Below, piece by piece: positions 1 to 8,948 of a DNA stretch of 64,000 nt. A model generated the notes under the pieces. It did no database searches. It was not told the origin of the DNA and saw only the letters and a program-made list of their open reading frames with translations. Position 1 is the stretch's first letter. The number at the start of each line of letters is the position of its first letter. The stretch lies in IMG/VR virus record IMGVR_UViG_2602041658_000005, positions 1-64,000 of that record; one strand, 5' to 3'. A program made the translations under genes and the position numbers. Source of the stretch: a virus. Taxonomy: Duplodnaviria > Caudoviricetes.

Positions 1-441
1 GTATATGGCAATACTTGTGTATCTGACAATGCTCGGGTGTATGGCGATGCTTTGGTGTATGGCGATGCTTTGGTATATGGCAATGCTCAGGTTTTTGGCA
101 ACGCTTGTGTATCTGACAATGCTTGTGTATCTGACAATGCTCGGGTATTTGGCTACGCAGAGGTGTATGGCAACGCAGAGGTGTATGGCGATGCAGAGGT
201 ACGCTTCACAAGAGATTACGTGGTTTTAAAAAATATATGGTCAAGTGGTCGTTATTTCACATACACACGCTCCAATAAGATGTGGAAGGTAGGCTGCTTT
301 TACGGTACAGGAGAGGAGCTGATTAAGAAAGCATATAAAGATAGTGAGGTAAGCAGAAGAGAGTATAAGCGAGTGGTGGAATATGTGGAAGCGATGTACG
401 CTGACTTGGAAAATGATGAGAGGCAAGAAGCTAAAAAATAA
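1..441 (+). CDS. Hexapeptide-repeat (beta-helix) phage protein, 5'-truncated by window edge
   Basis: Frame open from base 1; VYG(N/D)Ax/VSDNAx repeats (18-nt units) then C-terminal WKVGCFYGT domain. Confidence 0.75.
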   Translation, partial: VYGNTCVSDNARVYGDALVYGDALVYGNAQVFGNACVSDNACVSDNARVFGYAEVYGNAEVYGDAEVRFTRDYVVLKNIWSSGRYFTYTRSNKMWKVGCFYGTGEELIKKAYKDSEVSRREYKRVVEYVEAMYADLENDERQEAKK

Positions 442-456
442 ACATACAAAAAGACG

Positions 457-669
457 ATGAGAGAATATCTATATTGGGAAAAAGGAATAAATCTTCTGTA
501 TACAATTAGTGCCTTAATCTGTATTATTGGTTGTGTGAAAGTGTATTTTCACTTGATAACGGATAGTGATAAAACAGGGAGAATTGCATTTAAGTGGTTA
601 GGCATGAGTTTTCTGTTATTCACTATCGCATTTATCCTATCAGTAATTTATACTTATTTTTTGAAATAA
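457..669 (+). CDS. Two-TM protein resembling DUF4134 (VirB2/pilin-like protein of Bacteroidetes conjugative transposons)
   Basis: LLYTISALICIIGCVKVY...KWLGMSFLLFTIAFIL matches the recalled DUF4134 pattern LIYAIGAVVGLIGGVKVY...SWFGACIFLIVAATIL. Confidence 0.6.
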   Translation: MREYLYWEKGINLLYTISALICIIGCVKVYFHLITDSDKTGRIAFKWLGMSFLLFTIAFILSVIYTYFLK

Positions 670-708
670 GTAAAAAAGTATGAATAATCAACTTAAATAA
701 GTAAAGAT

Positions 709-1098
709 ATGAAAAAACGAGAAATACTGTTTCGTGGGTGGAACAAGAAAAATAAAAAGTGGCTGTACGGCTACTACTTCGCATATCGTGGCTATCATTT
801 CATATCACCAGACGTGTTAAAGGACTTATCGACCCCATTAGATGAATATCTTGTGGACGCTGACACCGTAGGTCAGTACACAGGGCTGAAAGATGCAAAA
901 GGGGTGAAAATATTCGAAGGGGACGTCATAGCTGATGAATCCTACCCCTACATCATACAATACCATGAAGAATATTCATAGTTTGTTGCTGTGCCTAAAC
1001 CAGACGTTACAATAGCATTTTATCAGCAATGGGTTAATGAGCGCGGATTGGTTGTCATCGGGAATGTGTATGAGGACAAAGAACTTGAGGAAGACTGA
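709..1098 (+). pseudogene. YopX-family protein interrupted by in-frame TAG at 979-981
   Basis: N-term REILFRG...TVGQYTGLKDAKGVKIFEGD; same frame past the TAG gives the YopX-type end VVIGNVYEDKEL, TGA at 1096-1098. Confidence 0.75.
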
Positions 1099-1126
1099 AA
1101 AGGGAGTGCCCGTGAACACCCCCTCC
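1098..1126 (-). terminator. Intrinsic terminator of the antisense small-ORF unit
   Basis: Minus strand GGGGGTG-TTCACGGG-CACTCCC-TTTT. Confidence 0.55.
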
Positions 1127-1144
1127 AAGACTACGGCGATAATA

Positions 1145-1264
1145 CTACGCCTTTACGAAGAAGTGGAAACAAGTGCCATTCTTTGGGTAGATTATCTTTC
1201 CTCCCCTGCGAATGAACTTGCAAAACACTTCACGCATTTTGCCTTTGTGCAATTTAGTATTCAT
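1145..1264 (-). CDS. 39-aa basic small protein MNTKLHKGKMREVFCKFIRRGGKIIYPKNGTCFHFFVKA (not in ORF track)
   Basis: ATG 1264-1262, TAG 1147-1145; preceded by AAAGGAGGT; own promoter and terminator. Confidence 0.65.
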   Translation of the reverse strand: MNTKLHKGKMREVFCKFIRRGGKIIYPKNGTCFHFFVKA

Positions 1265-1451
1265 ACAGCAATACCTCCTTTCTCGGCGGTTGCAGTCAAC
1301 GCTTAATTGCGTTGAAGTCGTTGCACTATGCCGAAATGCAACGAAAAGCCCCCAGCACGGGACTGAGGGCGTGTCTTTTCTCTAACAGGAAGAGAGCGGA
1401 CGGAGAGACGACATATCGCCATAGAGGTATTGCCTCATACTAAATTGCGTG

Positions 1452-1490
1452 GCAAAGATAGTGCGTTTTACATCGCACAACAAAAAAATT
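1452..1490 (-). promoter_or_regulatory. Bacteroidetes sigma70-type promoter
   Basis: Minus strand TATCTTTG (-7 consensus TAnnTTTG) with upstream TTTG. Confidence 0.55.
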
Positions 1491-1540
1491 AACGATTTTA
1501 ATAAGCAAATGTTAAATATTAACTTATAAGAATAACAATT

Positions 1541-1822
1541 ATGTACGCAGTAAAAGGAGACCTCATAGAGGTAAAGAAAGTAAGTGAAACGGAGTATGCC
1601 GACAAAGACGGTAACACCTATGACAAGAATGAGCTGGTGCTGCTCGAGGAGATGGAAACCGAGCCTGTTGACTGGGAGCAACGAAGATACGAGATTGCAA
1701 AAGACATAATGGCAGCGTCATTCTACCTACCAATGGACGGTGCAAACATTGTATCATACGCCCATAATTGTGTGCAGTGGGCAGACGCACTTATTGAGGA
1801 ACTAAAAAAGACAAGAAAATGA
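1541..1822 (+). CDS. Hypothetical phage protein
   Basis: 93 aa, DWEQRRYEIAK...WADALIEELK; stop overlaps next ATG. Confidence 0.7.
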   Translation: MYAVKGDLIEVKKVSETEYADKDGNTYDKNELVLLEEMETEPVDWEQRRYEIAKDIMAASFYLPMDGANIVSYAHNCVQWADALIEELKKTRK

Positions 1823-2373
1823 AAAAGATAATGTTTAACGACAAGTTCCTTCTCACCAAAGAGGTGCTAAAAGGAACGAAGACAATGACAAGACGGTTAC
1901 TGAAAGAGGGTACGCCGCTTGGGAATTGGGAAGAAACGGCAAAGTGCCTGCCTTATAAGGTCGGTGATATAGTTGCGATTGCACAGCCATACAAGGATAT
2001 TATCGAATGTATGGCGGAGTACAGCGATATTATAATCAATGTAGATGGTTCTATAAATAGAGAATATAAGGCTGGGTGGACGAATAAAATGTTTGTAAAA
2101 GCTAACTTAATGCCACACCACATCAAGATTACCGATGTAAGGATTGAACGTTTGCAAGACATAACAGAAGAGGATTGCTTGAAATAGGGCGTTTGGCAAT
2201 ATTATGACAACAAGAACTTGTTTTATGTTTCCAAAAATATAGGATATGCCCCTGATGTAGCCTTTCTAAGCGCACGTGAAGCATTTTGGTATTTAATAGA
2301 CAAAATCTGTGGCAAAGGCACTTTGGAGCGCAACCCATGGGTGGGGGCGTACACATTTGAAAGGGTGGATTAA
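1819..2373 (+). pseudogene. ASCH-like phage protein interrupted by in-frame TAG at 2185-2187
   Basis: GTKTMTRR, ITDVRIERLQDITEEDCLK*G; frame continues to ERNPWVGAYTFERVD, TAA 2371-2373. Confidence 0.75.
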
Positions 2374-2414
2374 AATATAGAGAAATTGTATAAACAAAAT
2401 AATATAATAAGGAT

Positions 2415-2753
2415 ATGACAAACAACGATATGCCAATTTGCATGGCAGAGGAATATTGGGCAAACTCCCAGTTCTCAATAGTGAGACATTATGGTAGGAT
2501 AACCATTAACCGAAATATGTACATCATCGTTAATAAGGACGGTCTTGATATATTCGCATTATCCACTATTGCAGAAAGGACAGGAAAGGAAATGGTGATA
2601 GAACCCGGTGAGCCGTGCGACCTCGTAAGAGAGGACTTCGTAAAGTATTACAAGAAATTAAAGCGTGATAGGTTTCTCGCTATTCTGAAAGAGCATTCTT
2701 ATGCAAGTGCAGAGGAACTGAAAGAAATAATGAAAGAAAAGATTAAATATTAA
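2415..2753 (+). CDS. Hypothetical protein
   Basis: 112-aa ORF in operon orientation with AT-rich leader. Confidence 0.65.
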   Translation: MTNNDMPICMAEEYWANSQFSIVRHYGRITINRNMYIIVNKDGLDIFALSTIAERTGKEMVIEPGEPCDLVREDFVKYYKKLKRDRFLAILKEHSYASAEELKEIMKEKIKY

Positions 2754-2764
2754 CTTATAAAATT

Positions 2765-2938
2765 ATGACAGCAATAGAGGTAGAACTGCGTATGAGGTTA
2801 CAGAATGCAGCGGAACACCGATGCAGATTAACAGCAAGGGCAAGGGTGCGAGATATAGCAGAGCTGTATGGGAAGCGAGACTCTAAGGAGTACGAGGATA
2901 AGTATAACGAGCTAACAACGGAATATAACATTAAGTAA
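2765..2938 (+). CDS. 57-aa hypothetical protein (MTAIEVELRMRLQ...)
   Basis: Fills the gap between neighbours; below ORF-track cutoff. Confidence 0.5.
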   Translation: MTAIEVELRMRLQNAAEHRCRLTARARVRDIAELYGKRDSKEYEDKYNELTTEYNIK

Positions 2939-2956
2939 AGCAGAACATATATAGGC

Positions 2957-3658
2957 ATGAAAAGAGTAACGTATAAAACGGAGAAAGAGTTAGAGGCGTT
3001 GAAGTACATCGCTAAATGTTATGACTTCGCCTTAACATTATGTATTACATTAGCATTTAATCAGTTGGACATAACCACAATATCATTGCGAGAGGAAAAG
3101 GACTTCAAGCATGAGCTTAAACACTCGGTTAATAACGCACTAAGCGAAGCTGACAGAAAGCGTGCAGAGATGATGCAGATAATGAAGTCGGGTGGATTCT
3201 TTGAGAGCTATTCAGATACGGTAATAGACTTAGCAGAGAAAGATATTAATGCTTTTAGAAGCTCTTTAGAGCGTGTAATGGAAAAGAACGGCGTAGAAAG
3301 GGCAAAGCTATATGCGCAGGTAGAGACAACGCGGTGCTTGTTAGAATCGTGCGTGATGGACTTTAAAAGTTTGGGCGAGCAATGCAAGGAGAAATTCGGT
3401 TATAACGTATCGTCATTCTTTGAGGAGTTTAACGTATCAAAGGTGGCTTATTGGTTCAGTAGAGCAGTGGATAAGCTGTATAAGGACGTGGACGAGTCTA
3501 ACGGAGAGATAAAGCTAAAGACATCGGCAACATCGAGAATGTGGAACAGAATACATAAGAAGATAGCTGAAGGAGAATATATAGGGGGCTGTTTTGAAGC
3601 AGCGCAGAAAGAACACCCGGAGTTTATGGAGAACGAAGTAAAGGAGGTAGAGGCATGA
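2957..3658 (+). CDS. Hypothetical protein
   Basis: 233-aa ORF, ATGA overlap with next gene. Confidence 0.7.
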   Translation: MKRVTYKTEKELEALKYIAKCYDFALTLCITLAFNQLDITTISLREEKDFKHELKHSVNNALSEADRKRAEMMQIMKSGGFFESYSDTVIDLAEKDINAFRSSLERVMEKNGVERAKLYAQVETTRCLLESCVMDFKSLGEQCKEKFGYNVSSFFEEFNVSKVAYWFSRAVDKLYKDVDESNGEIKLKTSATSRMWNRIHKKIAEGEYIGGCFEAAQKEHPEFMENEVKEVEA

Positions 3659-4359
3659 GTCAGTATGTGAATATAACACCTGAACAGAGGAGATATATAG
3701 TAGAGCATTATGGCAAGGTACCAGTGCTTAAAATGGCAGCAAAATTTGGTGTTTGCGACATGACAATATATCGTATAATAAAAAGTGGAGGAGTAGATAC
3801 AAAAAAGCATTATGTACCTTTACAAAAAGAAGAGATAGAGAAAGTCATAGAGCTATATCCTAATACGCCTAATAAAGAAATAGCAAGGATTATCAACAGG
3901 AAGTTAGGAACGATAAAACATCTCAAGAGGTTGTATGGATTAAAAAAAACACCCGAGTATAAATATTTGGCGAGGATAGATAATTTAAAAAAAGCAGACC
4001 CGGCAAAAGTAAGAATAGCCGCAAAGATAGGATTTCAGAAAAAATATAAGCGAGCAGTCTTCGAGAAGCTATCGGGCATGAAACCGACCACGAAGATGAA
4101 AGTAACTATTTTACCAAAAAGAATATACTCTGTTATGTATAGACTGAGAAGAATTTATAATTACTTTTTAGTAAAAGGAGAACCTTATACGCTCTATTAT
4201 GATAAAGACACGAAAAGATGTAAGAGAGAAGATTATTATTTTAATAAATATCGCATTAAATTTGCGAAGGCAGAAGAGGAAGAAGTAGATATTTGTAATG
4301 AAAAGAAAGAGGAAAGGGGAGGTTTAAAGACGATTAGCCCATTTGTGCTAAAATTTTAA
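3655..4359 (+). CDS. Putative HTH DNA-binding protein
   Basis: Two HTH-like segments (VLKMAAKFGVCDMTIYRII; NKEIARIINRKLGTIK). Confidence 0.6.
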   Translation: MSQYVNITPEQRRYIVEHYGKVPVLKMAAKFGVCDMTIYRIIKSGGVDTKKHYVPLQKEEIEKVIELYPNTPNKEIARIINRKLGTIKHLKRLYGLKKTPEYKYLARIDNLKKADPAKVRIAAKIGFQKKYKRAVFEKLSGMKPTTKMKVTILPKRIYSVMYRLRRIYNYFLVKGEPYTLYYDKDTKRCKREDYYFNKYRIKFAKAEEEEVDICNEKKEERGGLKTISPFVLKF

Positions 4360-4552
4360 AATATTAGCTAAAGAATTTAATTTTACTTGTTAGAGTAGTA
4401 TGTTTTTGCTATATTTGCATAATAAAAATTACTTTTTAATATTTGGTAAAAGTTATGCTTTTACCGTTTAAAGTAATTTAATAATATATTTACAAATAAT
4501 AATTGCAATAGAGATTGCAATTTGTAAATATAAATTATTTTATGTATTTTTA

Positions 4553-4806
4553 GATGCAGCCGTTGCGTCGACCGAAAGACGGGTTCCAAGTTGAATGTAG
4601 GTAAAGCGGTTGGGGTGGAGGATTAAAAGTAGCACCTCTATAGAGTATTAAAAATTATAGTGTACTCGTAAAAACGTAAGAAAGGCTAAAACGAAGATAT
4701 AATAAGTAGTCGTGGACTTTAAATGATTGGTAAGGCAGTCAGCTTAAAACATAGCCTCCTTGTGAGCTATTATAAAGGCTCTACAATCGAATTGGCAAGG
4801 AGGCAC
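4553..4806 (+). ncRNA. Candidate structured ncRNA
   Basis: GC-richer ORF-free island with hairpins (GATGCAG/TTGCGTC; GCCTCCTTG...CAAGGAGGC) downstream of TATATTTG at ~4410. Confidence 0.3.
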
Positions 4807-5095
4807 TATATAAATAAACGTTAAAAATAAACATTGGTTTTAGTTGTTTATTTGTAAAAATATTCTTTATTTTTGTACATAAAGAATATAAAAACGCATC
4901 ATATTATACATTTTTTTAAAAGGAAGATAATTTAATTATAGCAAGCATTTTTATGTTTGCTGGTAAGAGAAATGTCTTTGATGTAGAAGAAAAAGGTTGT
5001 GTAAAAATGATTATTTTGGAATTTTAGAGGAATATATTTGTTTTATTTTAGGAATTGTAAATCTTTAATTTTTAACGTAACATTGTTATTTTTTA

Positions 5096-5126
5096 CTGCC
5101 TTGCCCGTGAGGGTAGGGCGGTTTTT
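5096..5126 (+). terminator. Intrinsic terminator-like hairpin
   Basis: ACTGCCTTGCCC-GTGA-GGGTAGGGCGGT followed by T-run. Confidence 0.55.
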
Positions 5127-5157
5127 GTAGAAACAAGACTAAACATAATATATATAT

Positions 5158-5649
5158 ATGAGTAAAGTTTATATAGGTGTAGATAATGGGGTTACGGGAA
5201 CTATAGGGATAGTGGGTGATAAAACCTCTCCTTTGTTCGTGAAAACCCCCGTAATAAAAGAACAAAACTATACAAAAGCAAGGCAAATGGTAACAAGGGT
5301 AGATAGCATTGCTTTTGAAAAGCTGCTCGGCTTGTACTTAGAAGAAAACGTATTAGTGATAATGGAAAGACCTTTAGTGAATCCTACTCGCTTTAAAGCT
5401 ACAACATCGGCTCTTAGATGTTTTGAAGCAGAACTTATCATAATAGAGCTACTTAAATATCCTCACATTTATATAGATAGTAAAGAGTGGCAAAGAGTGA
5501 TGCTTCCTAAAGGACTAAAGGGTAGCGATGAACAAAAGAAAGCGTCATTAGATATAGGGAACAGGTTGTTCCCTGTTTTTAAGGATGTAAAACATAAGGA
5601 TAGAGATGGTCTTTTAATAGCCGAGTATGCAAGAAGAAAAAGAATCTAA
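5158..5649 (+). CDS. RuvC-like Holliday junction resolvase
   Basis: YIGVDNG, VIMERP, SKEWQ and DRDGLLIAEY motifs. Confidence 0.75.
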   Translation: MSKVYIGVDNGVTGTIGIVGDKTSPLFVKTPVIKEQNYTKARQMVTRVDSIAFEKLLGLYLEENVLVIMERPLVNPTRFKATTSALRCFEAELIIIELLKYPHIYIDSKEWQRVMLPKGLKGSDEQKKASLDIGNRLFPVFKDVKHKDRDGLLIAEYARRKRI

Positions 5650-5686
5650 CTTTTCATAACTTAATTTTTATAATTTGTTTTTTACT

Positions 5687-5717
5687 ACCAGCCGTCTGTG
5701 AAGATAGCTGGTTTTTT
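5687..5717 (+). terminator. Intrinsic terminator
   Basis: ACCAGCCGTCT-GTGA-AGATAGCTGGT followed by T-run. Confidence 0.6.
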
Positions 5718-5728
5718 ATTAATAACTT

Positions 5729-5962
5729 ATGATAGATGTCTTTAATATTATAAAAGAGATTAACGATAAGAAAGTGGAGGCAAATATATTGCCACGCTCG
5801 GCTTCTCACAACGAGATAATGGAACGAATAAAGAAACAGGCGAAGGAAGACATTAATAATCTTGTTCGTGAAAAAAAAGTTTTATTTCATAAAACGATAA
5901 ATGGTTTGTCGTTTGAAGTTGTTGATGATGAAGAAATGGAAAAAGCAAAAACGAGTATATAA
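5729..5962 (+). CDS. Hypothetical protein (possible winged helix)
   Basis: 77-aa ORF. Confidence 0.6.
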   Translation: MIDVFNIIKEINDKKVEANILPRSASHNEIMERIKKQAKEDINNLVREKKVLFHKTINGLSFEVVDDEEMEKAKTSI

Positions 5963-6000
5963 CAACATGATATTTTAATAATAATGATAAGAAGAAGAAT

Positions 6001-6435
6001 ATGGATATTCAAGTAACGGGAACAATCACAAAAATACTTCCTAAGATGGAAGGCGTGTCAGCGAAAACAGGTAAATCTTGGGCTAAGCAGGAGTATGTTA
6101 TAACAGAAGACGGTGGAAACTCACAATACCCTTCTTCTATATGTTTTCAAATATTTGGGGAAGAAAAAATCTCTTTAATGAACTTGCGCGAGGGTGAGCA
6201 TGTGTGTGTGCATCTTGACAGCACTACAAACGAATGGAAGGAAAAAGTGTTTAATTCTATAAATTGTTGGAAAGTGGATAGGTTCGCTACAGAACAGAAA
6301 GGTAACGCTGTTATGTATGCTAATCAGCAATCACCACAGCAAAACGATCAACCTTTTCCTCCACAAGTAAACGATCAAGGCGTGCCACAGCAGCAAAATG
6401 CACCGCAGGCAAAGACAAATGATTTGCCGTTTTAA
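6001..6435 (+). CDS. DUF3127 family SSB-like protein
   Basis: GKSWAKQEYVI, QYPSSICF, FNSINCWK, Q/P-rich tail ending DLPF. Confidence 0.85.
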   Translation: MDIQVTGTITKILPKMEGVSAKTGKSWAKQEYVITEDGGNSQYPSSICFQIFGEEKISLMNLREGEHVCVHLDSTTNEWKEKVFNSINCWKVDRFATEQKGNAVMYANQQSPQQNDQPFPPQVNDQGVPQQQNAPQAKTNDLPF

Positions 6436-6445
6436 GGTTTAATTT

Positions 6446-6474
6446 AGCCCTGCCTCGTAGGTGGGGCTTTTTTA
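6446..6474 (+). terminator. Intrinsic terminator
   Basis: AGCCCTGCCT-CGT-AGGTGGGGCT followed by T-run. Confidence 0.65.
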
Positions 6475-6525
6475 TTTTTACAGGAAATGCACGAGAAAAG
6501 TAAGTTTAACCATACGAATGAAAAT

Positions 6526-6772
6526 ATGAGTGAGAGTAATTTGGTTTTTATAAATGAGAGTGGCAAAGTCTTAACAACAAGTTTGAAAATTGCAGAGACT
6601 TTCGGCAAGGAACATAAGAATGTTTTAAAAGATATTCGGGGGTTGCAATGTAGTGAAGAATTTAACCGGCTAAATTTTGAGCCGGTCAGAATATTTGAAC
6701 GAGCAAAAACATAAGCAACCGATGTTTGTAATAACAAAAGACGGATTTACTTTGCTATATATAAACTTTTAA
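6526..6772 (+). pseudogene. Rha-family regulator fragment, frameshifted at ~6687 and truncated
   Basis: TTSLKIAETFGKEHKNVLKDIR...LNFEPV; shifted frame gives EYLNEQKHKQPMFVITKDGFTLL, paralogous to 10712..11506. Confidence 0.75.
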
Positions 6773-6786
6773 TGTTTAAGAGAAAA

Positions 6787-7489
6787 ATGTACGAGATAAA
6801 TAAATTTGACAATAAAAACAACATAACCTCTCTCGAAATCGCAGAGATAACAGGCAAACAACATCAACATGTATTGCGTGATATTGATAGTATTTTAAGG
6901 CAGGGTGTAGATGCGTCCAATTTTGGACTAACCTCTTATATAGATTCTTCAAACAGGAAACAAAGAATGTATAGCCTTACCCCGAAAGGTTGTTTAATAC
7001 TTGCAAGTGGCTACGATGTAGTGTTGCGTGAGAAAATCATTAACCGATTAGAAGAGTTGGAAATGGAGAAGAAAAGCGGAGGTTTTTTTGATTCCGCAGA
7101 CTTTTTCAGAAGCATTAATGCTTGCAGCCAAACAACAAGAGAAGATAGAGGAACAGCAAAGATTGATAGCAGAAAATAAGCCAAAAGCAGAGTTCTTTGA
7201 TGCAGTAACTAATAGTAAAGATGCAATCGAAATGAAAGCAGTCGCTAATGTGCTTAATTTTAAAAATATAGGAAGGAACAAACTTTTTGAGATTCTTAGA
7301 TGCAATAAGATATTGACAGAGCGAAATCTGCCGATGCAAAGATATATTGATTGCGGATATTTTAGAACTATTGAGCAAAAGTATAGCAAACAGAATGGTG
7401 ATATTTGTATCAATATTAAGACGGTTGTCTATCAAACAGGTGTTGCTTTTATACGAAAAGTATTAACAAATCTCGGATATACAGATTAA
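6787..7489 (+). pseudogene. Rha N-terminal domain + antirepressor C-terminal domain, frameshifted at a T7 run (7083-7089)
   Basis: ITSLEIAEITGKQHQHVLRDI in one frame, IPQTFSEALMLAA...KPKAEFFD...IGRNKLFEILR in the next; removing one T joins them. Confidence 0.8.
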
Positions 7490-7554
7490 CAACACTTTAT
7501 TTTTCAGTGTAACCAAACCTCGCCAAATAAGCGAGGCTTTATTTTTTAGAAAAG

Positions 7555-8217
7555 ATGAAAACAAATCAGATAATGATACGCCCAATGGGCATGTTTAGTG
7601 TAGAGCAGAGAACGAAAGATTCTATGTTTAATGCCACAGCTTTGCTCAAGCAATGGAACGCAACCTCGAAAGGTGATAGAAAGATGGAACTGTACTTCAA
7701 TTCTCCTAAGACACAGGAGTTTATAGATACTATTATGTCTAAAGAAAATTTACATACCCCGAAAATGGTGTATGTAAAATCCCGTGCTTCACGTGGTGCA
7801 AATGCTGGAACTTGGATGTCGCCTATCCTTTTCATTGACTTTGCTATGTGGATAAATCCCTCTTTCAAATATGATGTAATTAAGTTCGTGTTCGATAGGA
7901 TGATTGAATTTAGAAATAGTGCAGGCGATGCTTATAAAGACCTTGGGAGTGCGGTTCAAAAGATTGTTGCTCCAAACTTTATGTGCGTGGCGATGAAGAA
8001 AGTTGGTGAGGCATTGAATTGGATAATCTTCAATAAGCATGAGAAGGCACTCCGCAATAAACATGGCGATGAGGGACAAATGCGCTCTTTGTTCGACCTT
8101 GAGAGAGAGATAGCAATGCTTATAAACAAAGGTTTTATAAAAGATTATAAAGGCTTGATAGTTTACCTCCGGGACGAGTATAAACGCAGGAATATACCCG
8201 CTGTGTTTATGGAATAA
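7555..8217 (+). CDS. KilA-N domain protein
   Basis: QRTKDSMFNATALLKQWN, GTWMSPILFIDFAMWINPSF. Confidence 0.85.
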   Translation: MKTNQIMIRPMGMFSVEQRTKDSMFNATALLKQWNATSKGDRKMELYFNSPKTQEFIDTIMSKENLHTPKMVYVKSRASRGANAGTWMSPILFIDFAMWINPSFKYDVIKFVFDRMIEFRNSAGDAYKDLGSAVQKIVAPNFMCVAMKKVGEALNWIIFNKHEKALRNKHGDEGQMRSLFDLEREIAMLINKGFIKDYKGLIVYLRDEYKRRNIPAVFME

Positions 8218-8258
8218 AGAGTTACTTTAATTTTGTAGAAAGGAGAGAGGTGTACACA

Positions 8259-8945
8259 ATGATAAAATTAAGTAAAGATTTTATAGATAATTTCTCTTCA
8301 CGCGAGCAATTGGTTATGTTGCGATTGCTTCTTATAGCGGATGATAACGGATATGTAAGAATAAGCTATAGAGAGTTAGCAAAATCATGTGAGATAAGTC
8401 TGCAAGTTTGTAGGACTACACTAAAAAATCTTGTAATAAAAGACGCTGTAAAAAAGTATACCAACATAACAACTAACACAACAACTAACACAGCAGCTAA
8501 CACAGCAGCTAACACAGCAAGCACATTCGTAAGTATCTGTGATTACGATAATTACAGGGTTGGTAAAAAGAAATCAACACAGCAACTAACACAGCAATTA
8601 ACACAGCAATTAACACAACAATCAACGCAGCCGCTAACACAGGAGAACGTGAATAACTTGCAGCTTAAATGTAAGAAACGAGAGAAGGCTTTTGAGAAAA
8701 GTCTTATTCCTTTTGTTGTTTCGCGAGGTGGAGAATATCAACCTCAAATGATTAGAGAGTTTTTTAATTATTGGACGGAAAAAAACAAAACCGGGACAAA
8801 GATGCGCTTTGAGTTAGAAAAGACATGGGAAACTTCAAGAAGATTAATGACTTGGAAAAAGAGAAAGGGTTCTTCTTTAAAAACATCGTCCCAAACTATT
8901 CTTAATTCGTCTGAAATGAATTATGATAAAAATGAAGATTGGTAA
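8259..8945 (+). CDS. Replication initiator (lambda O-like) with internal iterons
   Basis: N-terminal HTH, central 12-bp repeats, C-terminal FFNYWTE..KMRFELEKTWE domain; upstream of DnaC-like gene. Confidence 0.75.
   Translation: MIKLSKDFIDNFSSREQLVMLRLLLIADDNGYVRISYRELAKSCEISLQVCRTTLKNLVIKDAVKKYTNITTNTTTNTAANTAANTASTFVSICDYDNYRVGKKKSTQQLTQQLTQQLTQQSTQPLTQENVNNLQLKCKKREKAFEKSLIPFVVSRGGEYQPQMIREFFNYWTEKNKTGTKMRFELEKTWETSRRLMTWKKRKGSSLKTSSQTILNSSEMNYDKNEDW
8462..8641 (+). repeat. Two blocks of 12-bp iteron-like repeats (~AACACAGCAACT), probable replication origin
   Basis: About 5 copies at 8462-8520 and 5-6 at 8575-8641. Confidence 0.7.
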
Positions 8946-8948
8946 AAT

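Noticed and set aside
1-200. 18-nt repeats as a regulatory array; ORF 5..229
   Set aside because: Explained by hexapeptide protein repeats; the alternative ORF is a shadow frame.
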